Shown here in pieces: positions 34,368 to 47,472 of a stretch of DNA of 64,000 nt (the first letter of the stretch is position 1; each line of letters starts with the position of its first letter). Both the position numbers and the translations under genes were made by a program. The notes below the pieces were generated by a model, which saw only the letters and a program-made list of their open reading frames with translations, had not been told where the DNA came from and did not search any database. The DNA is from Reclinomonas americana ATCC 50394 (taxonomy: Eukaryota): the NCBI GenBank assembly GCA_048213135.1, contig PS015059.1, forward strand, positions 44,231 to 108,230. The letters are read 5' to 3'.

Positions 34368-36970
34368 CTACCGGCCATGAAAATCGGGGTCTGCGGTCTC
34401 GGATGTTCGCGCCGCTTTGGTCCGCGGCGATGCATCCACATCTGCAACATGCTCCACTGCCGGGCGCTTGCGCTCCTTGCCCCCACCAGCGGATGGTGGA
34501 GAGTGACCGCTGGCCAACGGTTGCGCAACAGAGGGTGGTAATACGGGTGAAGGAATGGGCGAGTTTCCGTCAGCTGCCGCGGCGACGCCCTGTAGCTCAC
34601 GGACGCGCGGATGCAACACCCGATGGTGGAGCGGTGAGCCCGGTCGAGCATAGCGCCGTCGATCGGGTGACTCCTGCTCAACCCCCTCCAACACCGACCG
34701 CTCCTCAGCATTGGTGCTCGGCACTGCAGTTGCGGTCATCAACGACTGAGTGACAACGCAGAGCTGGAGGTGGAGTGACGCGAGCTCACCAGAAATATTG
34801 GAGGCCTCACGAGAAGCACTCGATATTTCGTCCATGGATCCCTGACCGCTGCTGTCGGACGCCAAATCAACAGTCGTGATGCCATTCCCACCATGACCGG
34901 CACCAGCGGAGGCAGCCAGAGGTTGTAGGGCGGAGCCGACATTGTCATATGTGGCAACAGCTGTCGACGATAGTGATGACGATGATGGACCAGCCGATGA
35001 GGACTGGAGTGGCGAAGCCATTTGTGAGACCGGCACCGGCTCCACTGCAAGCCGCACAGGCGTTTGCACATCGTCACCCCACTTTACAAGCGCCAGTTCA
35101 AGTTGTGGCCGTCGTGGTGACGAAGACACAGGCGGAGACGCCTTGCCACGCGCAGAGTCCATGGTCAGCACGGCTCCCTTGGTCGAACGGCCTGTCACAG
35201 AGCGAGTCAGCAAAAGAGTGAGAACGTCACAAGAAGGGGAGGCCAGACAGCAGCACGAACCAGCCGTCGTCTGCGGCTTCCTTGGAGAGTTGTGTGCCGA
35301 CGAGGGTGCCGAAGGTGGTTGGAGAGGGAGTTGCGAGGACTGACTGCTTGACGGCGGTGGCGGCAGCGGCGACATTGAGGGTCTCTTGGATTGCGAAGTT
35401 GTTGTAGAAGCAGCAGCAGCGGCCGCCGCCGCCGCAGCTGCGGCTGCGGCTCCAGATGGGCCAGGCAAGAGTGAACCCGTGTGCGAGGGCGGAAGTGGCA
35501 TGTGTGACGGAGGCCCCACTCGGTTTTGCGAACCACCGGCACCCACGGACGACGCACCACCACCTGCACCTCCACCACCAACAGCTGGTGGAGCGCCGAC
35601 CAGCCGTGACCCTGGACCCACACCCGCAGGAGGAGGAGGAGGTGGTGGTGGTGGTGGCGGCGGCGGCGGTAGCACAGCCGGTGGGCCAGCCGCCCGCTTC
35701 GGATCGGACCTGGGTACACCTCCACCGCTGCCGCTGTTTCCCAGCTCTGCACCCAACGCATTGCTCTGCTTGCCGGCCGCCACCTGCCGCCGCTGCGCAG
35801 CCTGCGCGGCTGTCTGCACCGCAGCCGGAGCCAAAACACCACGAGGTGCCGTCGACGTTCCCACTGCTGCTGCTGCCGCTGGTGGAGCGGCGGCTGTCGC
35901 TGTCGTCGTCGATGTTGTTGTCGTTGTCGTGGTTGTAGTTGACGACGAACTGGTGGCCGTAGTCGCGCTGGAGCCAGTCGACGAGGAAGACAATGAATGA
36001 TGGCCGGGCAGTCCGACGGGCACCGCAAACGCAGATGACGACGACGCAGCAGGAGCGACTGGAACTCCCGACGTGTACGGTTCCAGTCGCCGCAGAGAAT
36101 CTCCAAAGCGCTGGCACCACTGACACGCCGACAGCATTCCACTCTGCGCATGCGGGCACGCACTGGTGTGCTCACGTGCCACGGCTTTCAATCGCCGAAA
36201 CATTCGCCGAGCAGGCGTATCCGCCGCAGCCGCACTCGCTTGCTGCATCTGCAGCTGCGACATGGATGACAACGACGAAGACGACTGCCCGACTCCCTGC
36301 GCGCCCAACGGCGACGACGAGGACGATTCTGGCTTGGACCCAGAACCAGCGGCACTCGCATTCTTCCGCCCCCGTTTGCCCTGAACACACACACACATGT
36401 GGATGTCAGTCGAGTGGAGTCGTCTCGTCGTCACTGCGATTACACGCAACTGTGCTCGAGGAAGTAGTGGTGGTGGTAGTGCTGGTGGCAGTGGACTCGA
36501 CCAGACCAACAACTGGCATCATCAGATCGCCGACTCGGCTGTCGAGGACCAAGCCGAGTGGAGTCGACGATGCGAGTCCCATGGAAGTGGCACGATAGCG
36601 ATCCATACCACTTCCTCCTGCTCCTCCTCCTGCTCCTCCACCTCCCAGTCCAGTGCCACCCCCGCCACCTGCATGCATGCGCGATGGTGCGTGAGTCAAA
36701 CACAGTTGGTCATGGCCATTGCAACCTGCGTGTGTGCGCGTGCGCCCCGTCTGTCTCTTCCTATGCAGCGCGTGCGAGTGTGCGTGAGTGCAGGCGGTGA
36801 TGCAGAGCAGTGACACACCGGATGGGAGCATCTCGCTTTGTCGGAGACTAGACGGACAATGTGTGCGTCCTGTGGGACTGCATGCTTTTCTCCGAGACGG
36901 ACTCGCGATCGCAGCGACGTGCAAACCTGCAGATTTGTTGCAACTCGACTCGTGGAATCGAAGCCATTCG
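34368..36970 (-). CDS. Hypothetical low-complexity (Pro/Ser/Gly/Ala) protein with a small Cys/His cluster and basic NLS-like patches
   Basis: 714-aa ORF 34368-36512 containing GKRGRK, REHTSACPHAQSGMLSACQWCQRFGD and KERKRP; 5' exons uncertain. Confidence 0.5.
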
Positions 36971-37417
36971 GCAACATACGTTGCAAGACGCGATCGGCCC
37001 GGACAAGAAATCAATGTCGAAAATAGTCGCGACCTGACTGCGGTTCAATGGACCAGAGCAGATGCAGCACTCGCTTGACAGTGTTTGCGGACGGTCAGTG
37101 CAGCTACATAGACACCGCGCAGCCCACCTGGTGAGAGACTCCCTGCATTTTCAGGCGATCACTGGTAGATGCTCATTGTTGTGTATGGATCAGTGAAGTT
37201 TCTATTATTCACTGCAATTCGACACGATTCGAACATGCCGGTTTTTGCCGCGCAGATTGCTGGCAAGTTTGGTGCCAGTGGACGTGGATAAAAGCGTCAG
37301 TCGACGCCGGTCGAGAGTAGAAACACTTTCAACACCAACTCAAGAGACAAGACAACCAGGAAGCAACAGCAACACAACAACNNNNNNNNNNNNNNNNNNN
37401 NAACAACAACAACAATC

Positions 37418-38110
37418 ATGCAGATCTTCGTCAAGACCCTCACCGGCAAGACCATCACTCTCGACGCTGAGCCGACCACCACCGTCGAGGCCTTCAAGGA
37501 GCTCATCCGCAACAAGGAGGGCATCCCCGCCGACCAGCAGCGCCTGATCTACGCCGGCAAGCAGCTGGACGACGCCCGCACTCTCGGCGACTACAACATC
37601 ACCAAGGAGGCCACCATTCACCTGGTGCTCCGTCTGCGCGGTGGCATGCAGATTTTTGTCAAGACCCTCACCGGCAAGACCATCACCCTCGACGCCGAGC
37701 CGACCACCACCGTCGAGGCCTTCAAGGAGCTCATCCGCAACAAGGAGGGCATTCCAGCCGACCAGCAGCGCCTGATCTACGCCGGCAAGCAGCTGGACGA
37801 CGCACGCACACTCGGCGACTACAACATCACCAAGGAGGCCACCATTCACCTGGTGCTCCGTCTGCGCGGTGGCATGCAGATCTTCGTCAAGACCCTGACC
37901 GGCAAGACCATCACCCTCGACGCTGAGCCGACCACCACCGTTGAGGCCTTCAAGGAGCTCATCCGCAACAAGGAGGGCATCCCCGCCGACCAGCAACGCC
38001 TGATCTACGCCGGCAAGCAGCTGGACGACGCCCGCACACTCGGCGACTACAACATCACCAAGGAGGCCACCATTCACTTGGTGCTCCGTCTGCGCGGCGG
38101 CCGCTGCTGA
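37418..38110 (+). CDS. Polyubiquitin-like precursor: three identical, strongly divergent ubiquitin units plus RC tail; intronless
   Basis: 3 x 228-nt units [76 protein letters not shown]; units differ only at synonymous sites; strong C/G-ending codon bias. Confidence 0.95.
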   Translation: MQIFVKTLTGKTITLDAEPTTTVEAFKELIRNKEGIPADQQRLIYAGKQLDDARTLGDYNITKEATIHLVLRLRGGMQIFVKTLTGKTITLDAEPTTTVEAFKELIRNKEGIPADQQRLIYAGKQLDDARTLGDYNITKEATIHLVLRLRGGMQIFVKTLTGKTITLDAEPTTTVEAFKELIRNKEGIPADQQRLIYAGKQLDDARTLGDYNITKEATIHLVLRLRGGRC

Positions 38111-38283
38111 ATCCGCAGTCGGGCGCCGGCGGTCTAGAGGAAGCAATAATGATGGTTGTACAGCAACAATGTAAAACACACACGTACATGCAGAAAGCAA
38201 CGGCATTGACCATAAACAGCAATCTTCATCGCACTCACTCCACCAAAAACAATTCGATTCAGCACACCACTACTCTCTACGGA

Positions 38284-39009
38284 TCAATCCTGCTTCACCA
38301 CGACGCAAGCGCACGAGGTTGGCGAGTGCATAATCACGTGCTCCGCAACCGATCCCAGCGTCGACTTGCTCTGCAGCAGACGTATAAGGGACAAAAAACA
38401 GTGGCGTGCGGAGACACTGCACAACTCAACTCGTCGCGGATTCAACCCAACAGAGCCCATCACCACCACATCAATGGCCCGCGAACGAACTGATCACGCA
38501 ACACCATCCACTATGTCGGCAACAACGTGAGCAAAAGCACAAGAGCAACTCGCGCGCAACTCTCTTCGAGAATGATCTCTCGAGGTGCTCCACTGTGCTG
38601 CACGATATCGTTGTTCTCCGCACCAAAGCCGCACAGCTCCAAGTCCGTTTGCTTGTCATGCAGCAACGCACGACCCTGCTCGTCGCAGAAGTGAGCACAC
38701 GAGACACACACATGATCGCGCGCATTTATCAGGAGTCACCTGTGCGCCGGGACTCGTGGCCTCCTCGGAGCAGTTGAGCAGCGTGATGTGATCAATGTCT
38801 GGTCGTGCCAGGCGAACGCACCAGTCGAAGGCCTTCAGAGAGCACTTGCTGCGACGACGACGAGAGGGAAAAAAGATGCGATTTGAAGATTCCGATTCCC
38901 GCTCTTTGTCTCACTCGCTTGCTTGCTGTGTGCGCACGCACCTTCCGTCCATCGGCACCAGGTAGCGCACTGGCGGGCGCGAGCGAGCAGCATCAGAAAC
39001 ATCAGCCAT
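38284..39009 (-). CDS. Universal stress protein (UspA domain)
   Basis: Spliced RYLVPMDG|SKCSLKAFDWCVRLARPDIDHITLLNC...GAPREIILEE...AIDVVVMGSVG...TLGSVAEHVIMHSPTSCACVVVK; typical USP motifs (VxxDGS, DxxVMGSxG, LGSVAxxV). Confidence 0.85.
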
Positions 39010-39116
39010 GGTCGTTGAGCTCGTGTTCTCTCTCACACAAATAAAAAGCTAAGCGGAAGATTCCGACGGTCCCGCGCGCGTCCTGTTGTTCGATTTTCTC
39101 GTCATATCAACAAAGA

Positions 39117-42100
39117 ATGAGTGGGAAGAAGAGCGGAAAGGCCGGCGGAAGCGGCGGCGGGAAAGCCAGCAGTGGAAACAGCATGCAGGAGTTGATCAAA
39201 ATGCAGGGCTCCAGTCGCACACAAAAGCGCGTGCAGTTGAAGGAGAAGAAGGCGGCAAGTCGTTCGCGCGAGGCCACCACGGGTGATTTTGATGGAGTCA
39301 AGATTGTGGTGCGCATTCCCTTCGTCTTGTGTGCCTGATCGCTGCGCAGTGTGTTGAGCGTAATCGTGCAATGTGCGTGGTGCAGAAGAGAAAGCCGTTT
39401 GAGAAGAATCGGAAGCGCAGTCTGTCGGCTGCTGCGTCGGTGAGTGGGTGCACAGGGGCAGTGGGGCGAGAGGCGCGTGCGCTGGAGACACGACGGGCTG
39501 CAGAAAGTGTGGTGCTCGGCGTGTTGTGCATGTGCATGTGCAGATGTGCATGCACACACTTTTTTTGCTGACACACACACGCGCGCCCCCGCCTCTTCCG
39601 TGTGCCGTGCAGGATGAGTTCGACGATGATGATGACGATGGATCGCCACAGCAGAAGCGTCGTAAGGTGGCACCGTTGAGTGCGCAGGGCAAGAAGGACG
39701 AGGAGAAGCGGGTGCTGTCCAAGAAGGAGCGCAAGGAGCGCTCGAAGGAGAGGTCAGAGACCGCCATCTGCACCACGTGTTCGAGTGAGACAGGCGGTGA
39801 CTGATTCGTGTGTGTATGTGTGTGTGTGTGCATCGGAACAATGCACAGGCGATCGAAGCGCATGGAGCATTTCGACGAGTTGGATCAGGCCAAGAAGCTG
39901 TGGGAGAAGGCTCGTCCCGGCAATGTGACCAAGGATCGCAGGAGCGTGCTGGTGGCCAAGATTCACGAGCTCCTCGACGGAAAGCTGCATGAGGTCAGAG
40001 GAAAGAGAGAGAGAGAGAGAGACAGACAACACGGCGGGAGCACTTGTCCAACTGGGTTTCGTCGTGCAGATGGTGTTGCGGCAGGATGGATCGCGTGTGG
40101 TGCAGTTCATGCTCAAGTACAGCCCGATGGATGTGCGACGAGGCATGATTGATGAGCTGAAAGGTGTGCGCGCTCGTGCAAGCGTGCGACCATGTCTTTG
40201 GGTTGCCGACCAGTATTTTTGTGCAGATCAAGTGGTGGATCTGGCGGAGGACGCCTTTGGTCGCCACATTGTTCGCAAGATGTGCGTTTAGATGCCTTGT
40301 TGTGTGCTCTTCTGGTCCGCAGCATTGCTCATTCGACTCTTTTTGCAGGCTCAAGTATGCCGACCCCGACCGTAAGAACACGTTGGTGTCGCAGTTTTAC
40401 GGCCGAGTCCGTCCTCTGTTGACACACACGGTGTGTGCAATCGTTGTTGTTGGTGGTGGTGGTGGTATCTCTGATGCACGGGGCTCACGACTGTGCACAT
40501 GCAGCACGCCGGCGAGGTGCTCGAGTACATGTATTCGGAGGTGGCGACGTCCCGCCAGCGCTACATGATGCTGCAGGAGTTCTTCGGCAACGAATACGTG
40601 CACTTCAAGTCGGACGATATTCACTCTCTCGACGACTTGTTCGCCCGCTATCCCGATCGTCGTGCCGCAGTCATTGAGTCGCTGTCGAAGCTGCTGCACA
40701 AGTTGCGTCGCTTTGTGCCCACCTCCTCTTGCATGCATCCTCAATGCGCTTCTTCTTCTTCGTGACTGCAGTGCTGCACTGAAGGAGATTATGCTGAACT
40801 ACACAATCGTGCACCGGTTATTGCACGAGTTCTTCCAGCACGCACCGCCGGCCGAGTGCCGTGCGATGGTGCCGGAGGTGTCGGAGGCTCTGATTCACAT
40901 TCTGCACACCAAGGATGGTGCGGCTGTGGCTGCCGCGTGCATCACTTACGGATCGGCCAAGGAGCGCAAGGCCATTCTCAAGACGCTGCGTCACCACGTG
41001 CCGGCGGCGGCGGCCGACAGCAATGGTGTCGTGGTGCTGTGCCGTGCGTTGCAGGCGGTCGATGACACGGTGTTGACATTTAAGACGGTGTTGGGAGTTG
41101 AGTTGGCCTGGTGACGCTGTTCTGTTGTGTATTCGCCAAGCTGACGGTCTGTTGTTGCTGTGCAGGAACTGATTGCTCCCGATGAGGACGCTGAAACGGC
41201 GGCCATGGAGACGGACGCGGAGGCAGAGGGTCCGAAACCGTCGGCGGCTGCGGTGTCGAACGCCGATGTGCGCCGTGTGACTGGCTTCCTCAACGTGGCT
41301 TGCGATCGAGTGGCACGCAAGGTGCTCCTGTTTGTGGCGTCGGGCTTGAAGGCGCTGCCGAGATATTTCAGCGAAGATGAGCGCCGCATTCTCGATCCGC
41401 TGACGATTGAGGTTGGCGGACAGGTACGTCTCACAAGAGGCTTGTGAGACGTGTGAGTATCGTGGTTCTGACCAGAGTTTGGTGGTGGTGGTGCTTGCAG
41501 TCCAAGAAGACAATGGAGAAGAGATGTCAGGAGCTGTTGTTCGACCGCGTGACAAAGCGGTCGGTGATGGCCGGGCAGGTGTCGCAGCACTTGACCTCGA
41601 TCTTGCGTTCGTACGAGGCTTGCGATGTGCTGGTGGAGCTGATGGCGGCCTTTGAGAGCGACTCGGAGGACGCCAGTGAGCTGACCGATTTGGTCTCCGA
41701 TGCGTTCATCGAGCAAGAGGACGAGCTGCTGGCCTCGCAGCCGGGCGTTCGTGCCATCAAGCGCATGATCAAGCACTCGGGCGAGCACCCTGAATGTTGC
41801 GTGTGTTGCTGTCTGTCAATGAGAATTGGTGTGTGTGTGTGTGTTGCTCACTGGTGGCGACAGCATTTGATTTCGCGCGAGTGTTCCTCCGGCGCATTTC
41901 CGATCGCCTTCCCAGCTGGTGCGCGTCGGGCTCACTCGGTGCTTTCATCGCCGCCTCCTTCATCGACAATCCACAAACGTCGGCCACGGTGAGTTGCACC
42001 GACATTGAGGCCGGCTGTGTATGATTTGCGTGTGCCTCACACGCTGCTCTGTGATGATCAGGTGTGCAAACTGCTGGCTCCGCACGGCAAGAAGATTGCG

Positions 42101-42349
42101 GCCAAGGGCAAGACCGGCAGCAAGGGTAGCGAGTTGGTCGCCAACTTGCTAAAGCAAAAGTTGCTGCCGGCGGGCGGTGCTGCGCCTGCTGAAGCGTCGT
42201 CGTCGTCGTCGTCAACACCAGTTGCTAGCAAGGCCGCCGCCGCAGCCGCAGCCGCAGCTGCTGCCGCCGCGAATGCTCCGAAGGTGTCCGCCAATGGCAA
42301 GGCACCGGCAGTCAACGGCAAGGCCGGCAAGAAGAAGAAGGCCAAGTGA
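39117..42349 (+). CDS. PUM3: Pumilio homolog 3 / Puf-A / Puf6-like nucleolar RNA-binding protein
   Basis: Basic N-terminus, AKKLWEKAR, DGSRVVQFMLKYS, FGRHIVRKMLKY, IVHRLLHEFF, LHTKDGAAVAAACITYGSAKERKAILKTL, AVDDTVL; Lys-rich C-terminus. Confidence 0.9.
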
Positions 42350-42410
42350 ACCATGTGAATCACCAATACGGCTGCCCTACGTTTCTCTGTTAATCATCAT
42401 CATTGCTTCA

Positions 42411-43805
42411 CTACTGACTGTCGTCACCGGCCGCTTCACCCTCCTTGTCCAAGCCGTACTTTTCTCTCACCGCCGCCAACTCCTCCTGCCGCTTCTTCAC
42501 GTCGAGTCGTTGTTGCATCTTTTGTTGTTGATAGTATAGCACAATCAGGTATCGGTCCAGGACGTTGAAACCGTTCAAGTGATCCAGCGCCTGCTTGGCA
42601 TCGAAAATGTCCTCGAAGACGACAAAGGCGGTGCCGCGGGTGTCCTTCTCGCAGCCACTGGTGAAGGGGAGGGTCAAGGGAGAGCAGGATGACGATGAGC
42701 GATGTGATGAACGAGAGACAGCAAGAAGAATGAGAAGAACAGAGAGTCAGCAAGAAGAACGAAAGGAGGATGGGTGACGATACGAAGAAGAGTGAGATGC
42801 TTGCTGCTTGCATCACCAACGATGAAGGAAGAGACAGCACGAGCAATTGAGTCAAACAACTGCAGAGAGTCGGAGGGTGGGTGACGATACGAAGAAGAGT
42901 AGATGCTTGCTGCTTGCATCACCAACGATGAAGGAAGAGACAGCACGAGCAGTGGAGTCAAACAACTGCAGAGAGTCGGCAAGAAGAACGAAAGGAGGAT
43001 GGGTGACGATACGAAGAAGACTAAGATGCTTGCTGCATGCATCAACAACAATGAAGGAAGAGACAGCACGAGCAATGGAGACAAACAACTGCAGAGAGTC
43101 AGCAAGAAGAACGAAAGGAGGATGGGTGACGATACGAAGAAGAGTGAGATGCTTGCTGCATGCATCACCAACGATGAAGGAAGAGACAGCACGAGCAATT
43201 GAGTCAAACAACTGCAGACTATCAGCAAGAAGAACGAATGCTGGGTTCGCAGCATGCACCACCAACGATGAAGGAAGAGACAGCAAGAGAAGTGGAGTCC
43301 AACGATTGCAGAGAGTCAGCAAGAAGAACGAAAGGAGGATGGGTGACGATACGAAGAAGAGTGAGATGCTTGCTGCATGCATCACCAACGATGAAGGAAG
43401 AGACAGCAAGAGCAGTAGAGAGTCGGCAAGAAGAAAAGATGGATGGGCGACGATACGAAGAAGAGTGAGATGCTTGCTGCATGCATCACCGACGATGAAG
43501 GATAGCGTGGTTGTGGAAATGAGCGAGAGACTAAGAAGGTGGATCAGCAAGCGACAGCAAGATGGATGTGTCCCCTCTCATTTCCTCTTCTCCTCCCCCT
43601 TATGCGCAACAGTCGAATCTGCCTAATGGCCCCAAAGCGCCCGAAAATGTCATACATCTCCTCCGCCTTGATGTTGTACGGCAAGTTCCTGTGTGACACA
43701 CACACACAGAAAAAATTGAGTGTCTCGTGCAATGCAGACACAGCATGCACAGCAACACACACCGAACGTAGAGAATGCGAGAGCACTCCGGTGGCAACCG
43801 CGTCT
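42411..43805 (-). CDS. SF3B6: Splicing factor 3B subunit 6 (p14), RRM; first exon not located
   Basis: [82 protein letters not shown]. Confidence 0.95.
42711..43500. repeat. Intronic minisatellite, ~123-bp unit, ~7 partly truncated copies, in the last intron of SF3B6
   Basis: GCAAGAAGAACGAAAGGAGGATGGGTGACGATACGAAGAAGAGTGAGATGCTTGCTGC recurs at 42751, 42979, 43102 and 43319, with variants at ~42875, 43225 and 43426. Confidence 0.9.
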
Positions 43806-43975
43806 GTGTGAAGAAAGAGAGAGAGAGAAAGAGTGAGCGCCATCACACGACATGTCACGCGCGCACACACACACGCAGAGGTGAGCGCGCCCCACTATGA
43901 ACACCACGTGCAAGGCAACGACTGATCACGTTTAAAGGCAGAGACTCAATGCACAGAGAAACGAGAGACAATTGC

Positions 43976-44065
<90 letters not shown>

Positions 44066-44467
44066 TAGTAGTGTAGTAGTAGTAGTACGTACGACGACGT
44101 ACGACGTACGTACGTACGTACGTACGTACGTACGTACGTACGTACGTACGTACGTACGGTACGTCGTACGTACGNNNNNNNNNNNNNNNNNNNNNNNNNN
44201 NNNNNNNNNNNNNNNNNNNNNNNNNNNNNNNNNNNNNNNNNNNNNNNNNNNNNNNNNNNNNNNNNNNNNNNNNNNNNNNNNNNNNNNNNNNNNNNNNNNN
44301 NNNNNNNNNNNNNNNNNNNNNNNNNNNNNNNNNNNNNNNNNNNNNNNNNNNNNNNNNNNNNNNNNNNNNNNNNNNNNNNNNNNNNNNNNNNNNNNNNNNN
44401 NNNNNNACGGTTCGGACGGTACGGAGGTAGGGTACGGGTCGGGTCCGGGTCGGGTCGGCGGACGACG

Positions 44468-44523
<56 letters not shown>

Positions 44524-44629
44524 GTGAGTGAGTGAGTGAGTGAGTGAGAGAGAGAAAGAACGTGATCCCGACAACTCTGTGTCTCTCTCATTCTCTCTGT
44601 GTCTGTGTGCATCACTCACTGTCTTGCAG

Positions 44630-47377
44630 GTCTCAACGAGTGACGAGGTGTTCCGCGACCCGAGTATGCCGATCGAGGACCGCGTGCGCGACCTGATTGC
44701 GCGCTTGTCTCTGGAGGAGAAGGTCTCGCAAATGGGTCACGAGGCCTTGGCGATTGAGCGACTGGTGTGCTGCTGCTGCTGCTGCTGCTGTTGATCGTTC
44801 GTTGTCGACCACTGCTGTTGATGGTCTGCGCTGTGTAGGGCATTCCGCCGTATGTGTACTGGAATGAGGCGTTGCATGGGGTGGCGAGGGCGGGAACGGC
44901 CACGGTGTTTCCTCAGGTTTGTCTCTGTGTTCCCCACTGGTGAGTGCAAACGTCGCTGATTAATGCGTAGGCGATTGGTCTGGCGGCCATGTGGGATACG
45001 GCGTTCATGAGGAGTGTGGCCGAGGCCATCTCGGACGAGGCGCGCGCCAAGTATCATGAGGCGTCGGAGAGGCAAAAGGACTATGGGCACTACAAGGGTG
45101 AGCCGTGTGCACGCCCATGTGTGCGTGTGTGGCACTCATTCGTCGCGTCGTGCTGTGGCAGGTCTCACGTTTTGGGTGGGTATCAGCTGGCCTCACCGCT
45201 CCCTTCCCCCTCTTGTCCCTCACTCCCTCCACAGTCTCCCAACATCAACATCTTCCGCGATCCGCGCTGGGGTCGCGGACAGGAGACCTACGGCGAGGAC
45301 CCATTCCTGACATCGCGCATGGCCGTGGCCTTTATTCGTGGTCTGCAAGAGATTCCTCACCACCACCGACGCAGCAGTGAGCCGCATACGCTGCTAAAGA
45401 CCGCCGCCTGTGCCAAGCACTTTGCTGTGCACTCGGGACCGGAGGCCTCGCGCCACCGATTCAACGCGGAGGTGTCGATGCGGGACTTGCGCGACACGTA
45501 CTTGCCGGCGTTTGCCGCCAGCGTGCGAGAGGCGCGTGTCGAGTCGGTCATGTGTGCCTACAATCGGGTGAATGGCGAGCCGGCGTGCGCCAGCCAGACG
45601 CTGCTCGGCAAGATTCTGCGCGAGGAGTGGGAATTCGACGGGCACGTGGTCTCTGATGTGCGAACCCGTGACATGTGCCGCTCCCTCCCTGTCTCTCCCT
45701 TCTCACTCCTCGCTGCACAGTGCTGGTCGCTGCTGGACCTGTTCGACAAGAAATGCCACGGAGTGGTGGACACGGAGGAGGAGGCCGCGGCGCTGGCGGT
45801 GAAGAACGGCTGCGATCTGAACTGCGGCCACACCTTCCGCCGGCTGGTGGCCGCCGTGAAGCAGGGTCTCGTGGACGAGGCCGTCGTGGACCGTGCCGTC
45901 GGCCGTCTGCTCACCACACGCTTCCGATTGGGCATGTTTGATCCGCCGGAGCGACTGCCGACGCAAGTGCGTCTGCCGCTGGACGTGGTCGACTCGAACG
46001 AGTTTGCCGACCGGGCACTGAATGCGGCGCGGCGCTCCTTGGTCCTGCTGAAGAACACCAACGGCTTCCTGCCGCTCAACGCCAACTCGGTGCGCCAGGT
46101 GGCCGTCATTGGCCCCAACGCCCACAATGCCGAGGTGCTGGTCGGCAACTACGCGGGCCAGCCGTCGCGCGACGTCACCTTCCTGGAGGGTCTGCGCGCG
46201 CGTCTGGGCGTGGCACGTGTGCGGTTCGCGCAGGGCTGTCGCGTGTTCAAGGAGAAGAAAGTTGGTGAGTGTGGGTGTGATGACGGGAAAGGGCGGGGAT
46301 CGTCGTTGTGACTCACACCTACACGTGCACAGACACCGGCTTTGACAACATTAGTGAGGTAAGAGTCGCATGCTTTGGTGCACGGCGTGAGGTGCCGCTC
46401 AGTCTTTGTTGCGGTGGCAGGCGGTGGCGATTGCGCAGCGGTCGGATGTGGCGATCCTCTTCCTTGGTCTGAATGCGAGTGTGGAGGGCGAGGGTTGGTC
46501 ATATTGTTTTGACTCGTGCGTCAAGCCACTCCCTGACATGCTGTGTTGTGGTGATGCAGGCGATGGCGAGACGGACGCCGAGACCGATGCGTCGCTGTCG
46601 GGCGACAAGCTGCATTTGAATCTGCCGGGCCGGCAACAGGAGCTGCTGGAGCGCGTGCATGCCACGGGCACACCGGTGGTGTTGGTGCTGGTCTCCGGCA
46701 GCCCGTTGTCGGTGACATGGGCGCACGAGTCCACCATTCCGTCGATTGTGCAGGCCTGGTATCCGGGTCAGGCCGCGGGCACGGCGCTCACCGAGCTCTT
46801 GTTTGGCGACGTGAGCCCGGCCGGCCGTTTGCCCATCACCTTCCCGCGCTCGGTCGACGACTTGCCGCCGTTTGACGAGTACTCGATGGTCAACCGCACG
46901 TACCGCTACAGCTCGGTGGAGCCGCTGTACCCGTTCGGCTACGGCCTGTCGTACACTCGGTTCGAGTATCGCGACGTGGAGCTGACGACGACGCGGGCCA
47001 CGGTCGACGAGGTGGCTCACCGACCACTGCCCGTGCGCTTCACCGTCTTCAACGCCGGCGAGCGCCAGAGCGACGAGGTCGCGCAAATGTACGTGCGCCG
47101 CGAGGGCGGTCGCGCCAACTTTGAGCTGCGCGGCTTCGTGCGCCTGCAACGCCTCATGCCCGGCGAGTCGCGGTCGGCCCGCTTCGAGCTCTCCGCCCGC
47201 CACCTGGCCACCATCACCGACGACGGCGAGTGCCTCCTCCTCCCCGGCACCTACTCCATCTTTGTCGGCGGCTCACAGCCCGACCAGCGCAGCGTGTCGT
47301 TGATGAGTGGTGTCGAACCCATAGAGATCACCCTCTCCATCACTGGCGACGACCCAGTGGAGGTTCCCTACGCGTAA
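44630..47377 (+). CDS. Glycoside hydrolase family 3 (beta-xylosidase/beta-glucosidase type) with C-terminal Fn3-like domain; start exon probably in gap
   Basis: FRDPSMPIEDRVRDLIARLSLEEK, WNEALHG, ATVFPQ|AIGLAA, GLTFW|SPNINIFRDPRWGRGQETYGEDP, KHFA, MCAYNRVNGEPAC, VVSD|CW (nucleophile Asp), QAWYPGQ, PAGRLPITF, YPFGYGLSYT. Confidence 0.96.
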
Positions 47378-47472
47378 TCAATACCATACACGCACGAAAC
47401 TTCTTGTTGTTGTCGCCTTGCATTCCGTTGCACAAACCGCAAAGACAGACAGGAAAGAAAAGAGAGAGACGT

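Noticed and set aside
42674-43626. Long repetitive ORFs / CRISPR-like appearance
   Set aside because: Head-to-tail minisatellite with no unique spacers and no cas genes, inside a eukaryotic intron.
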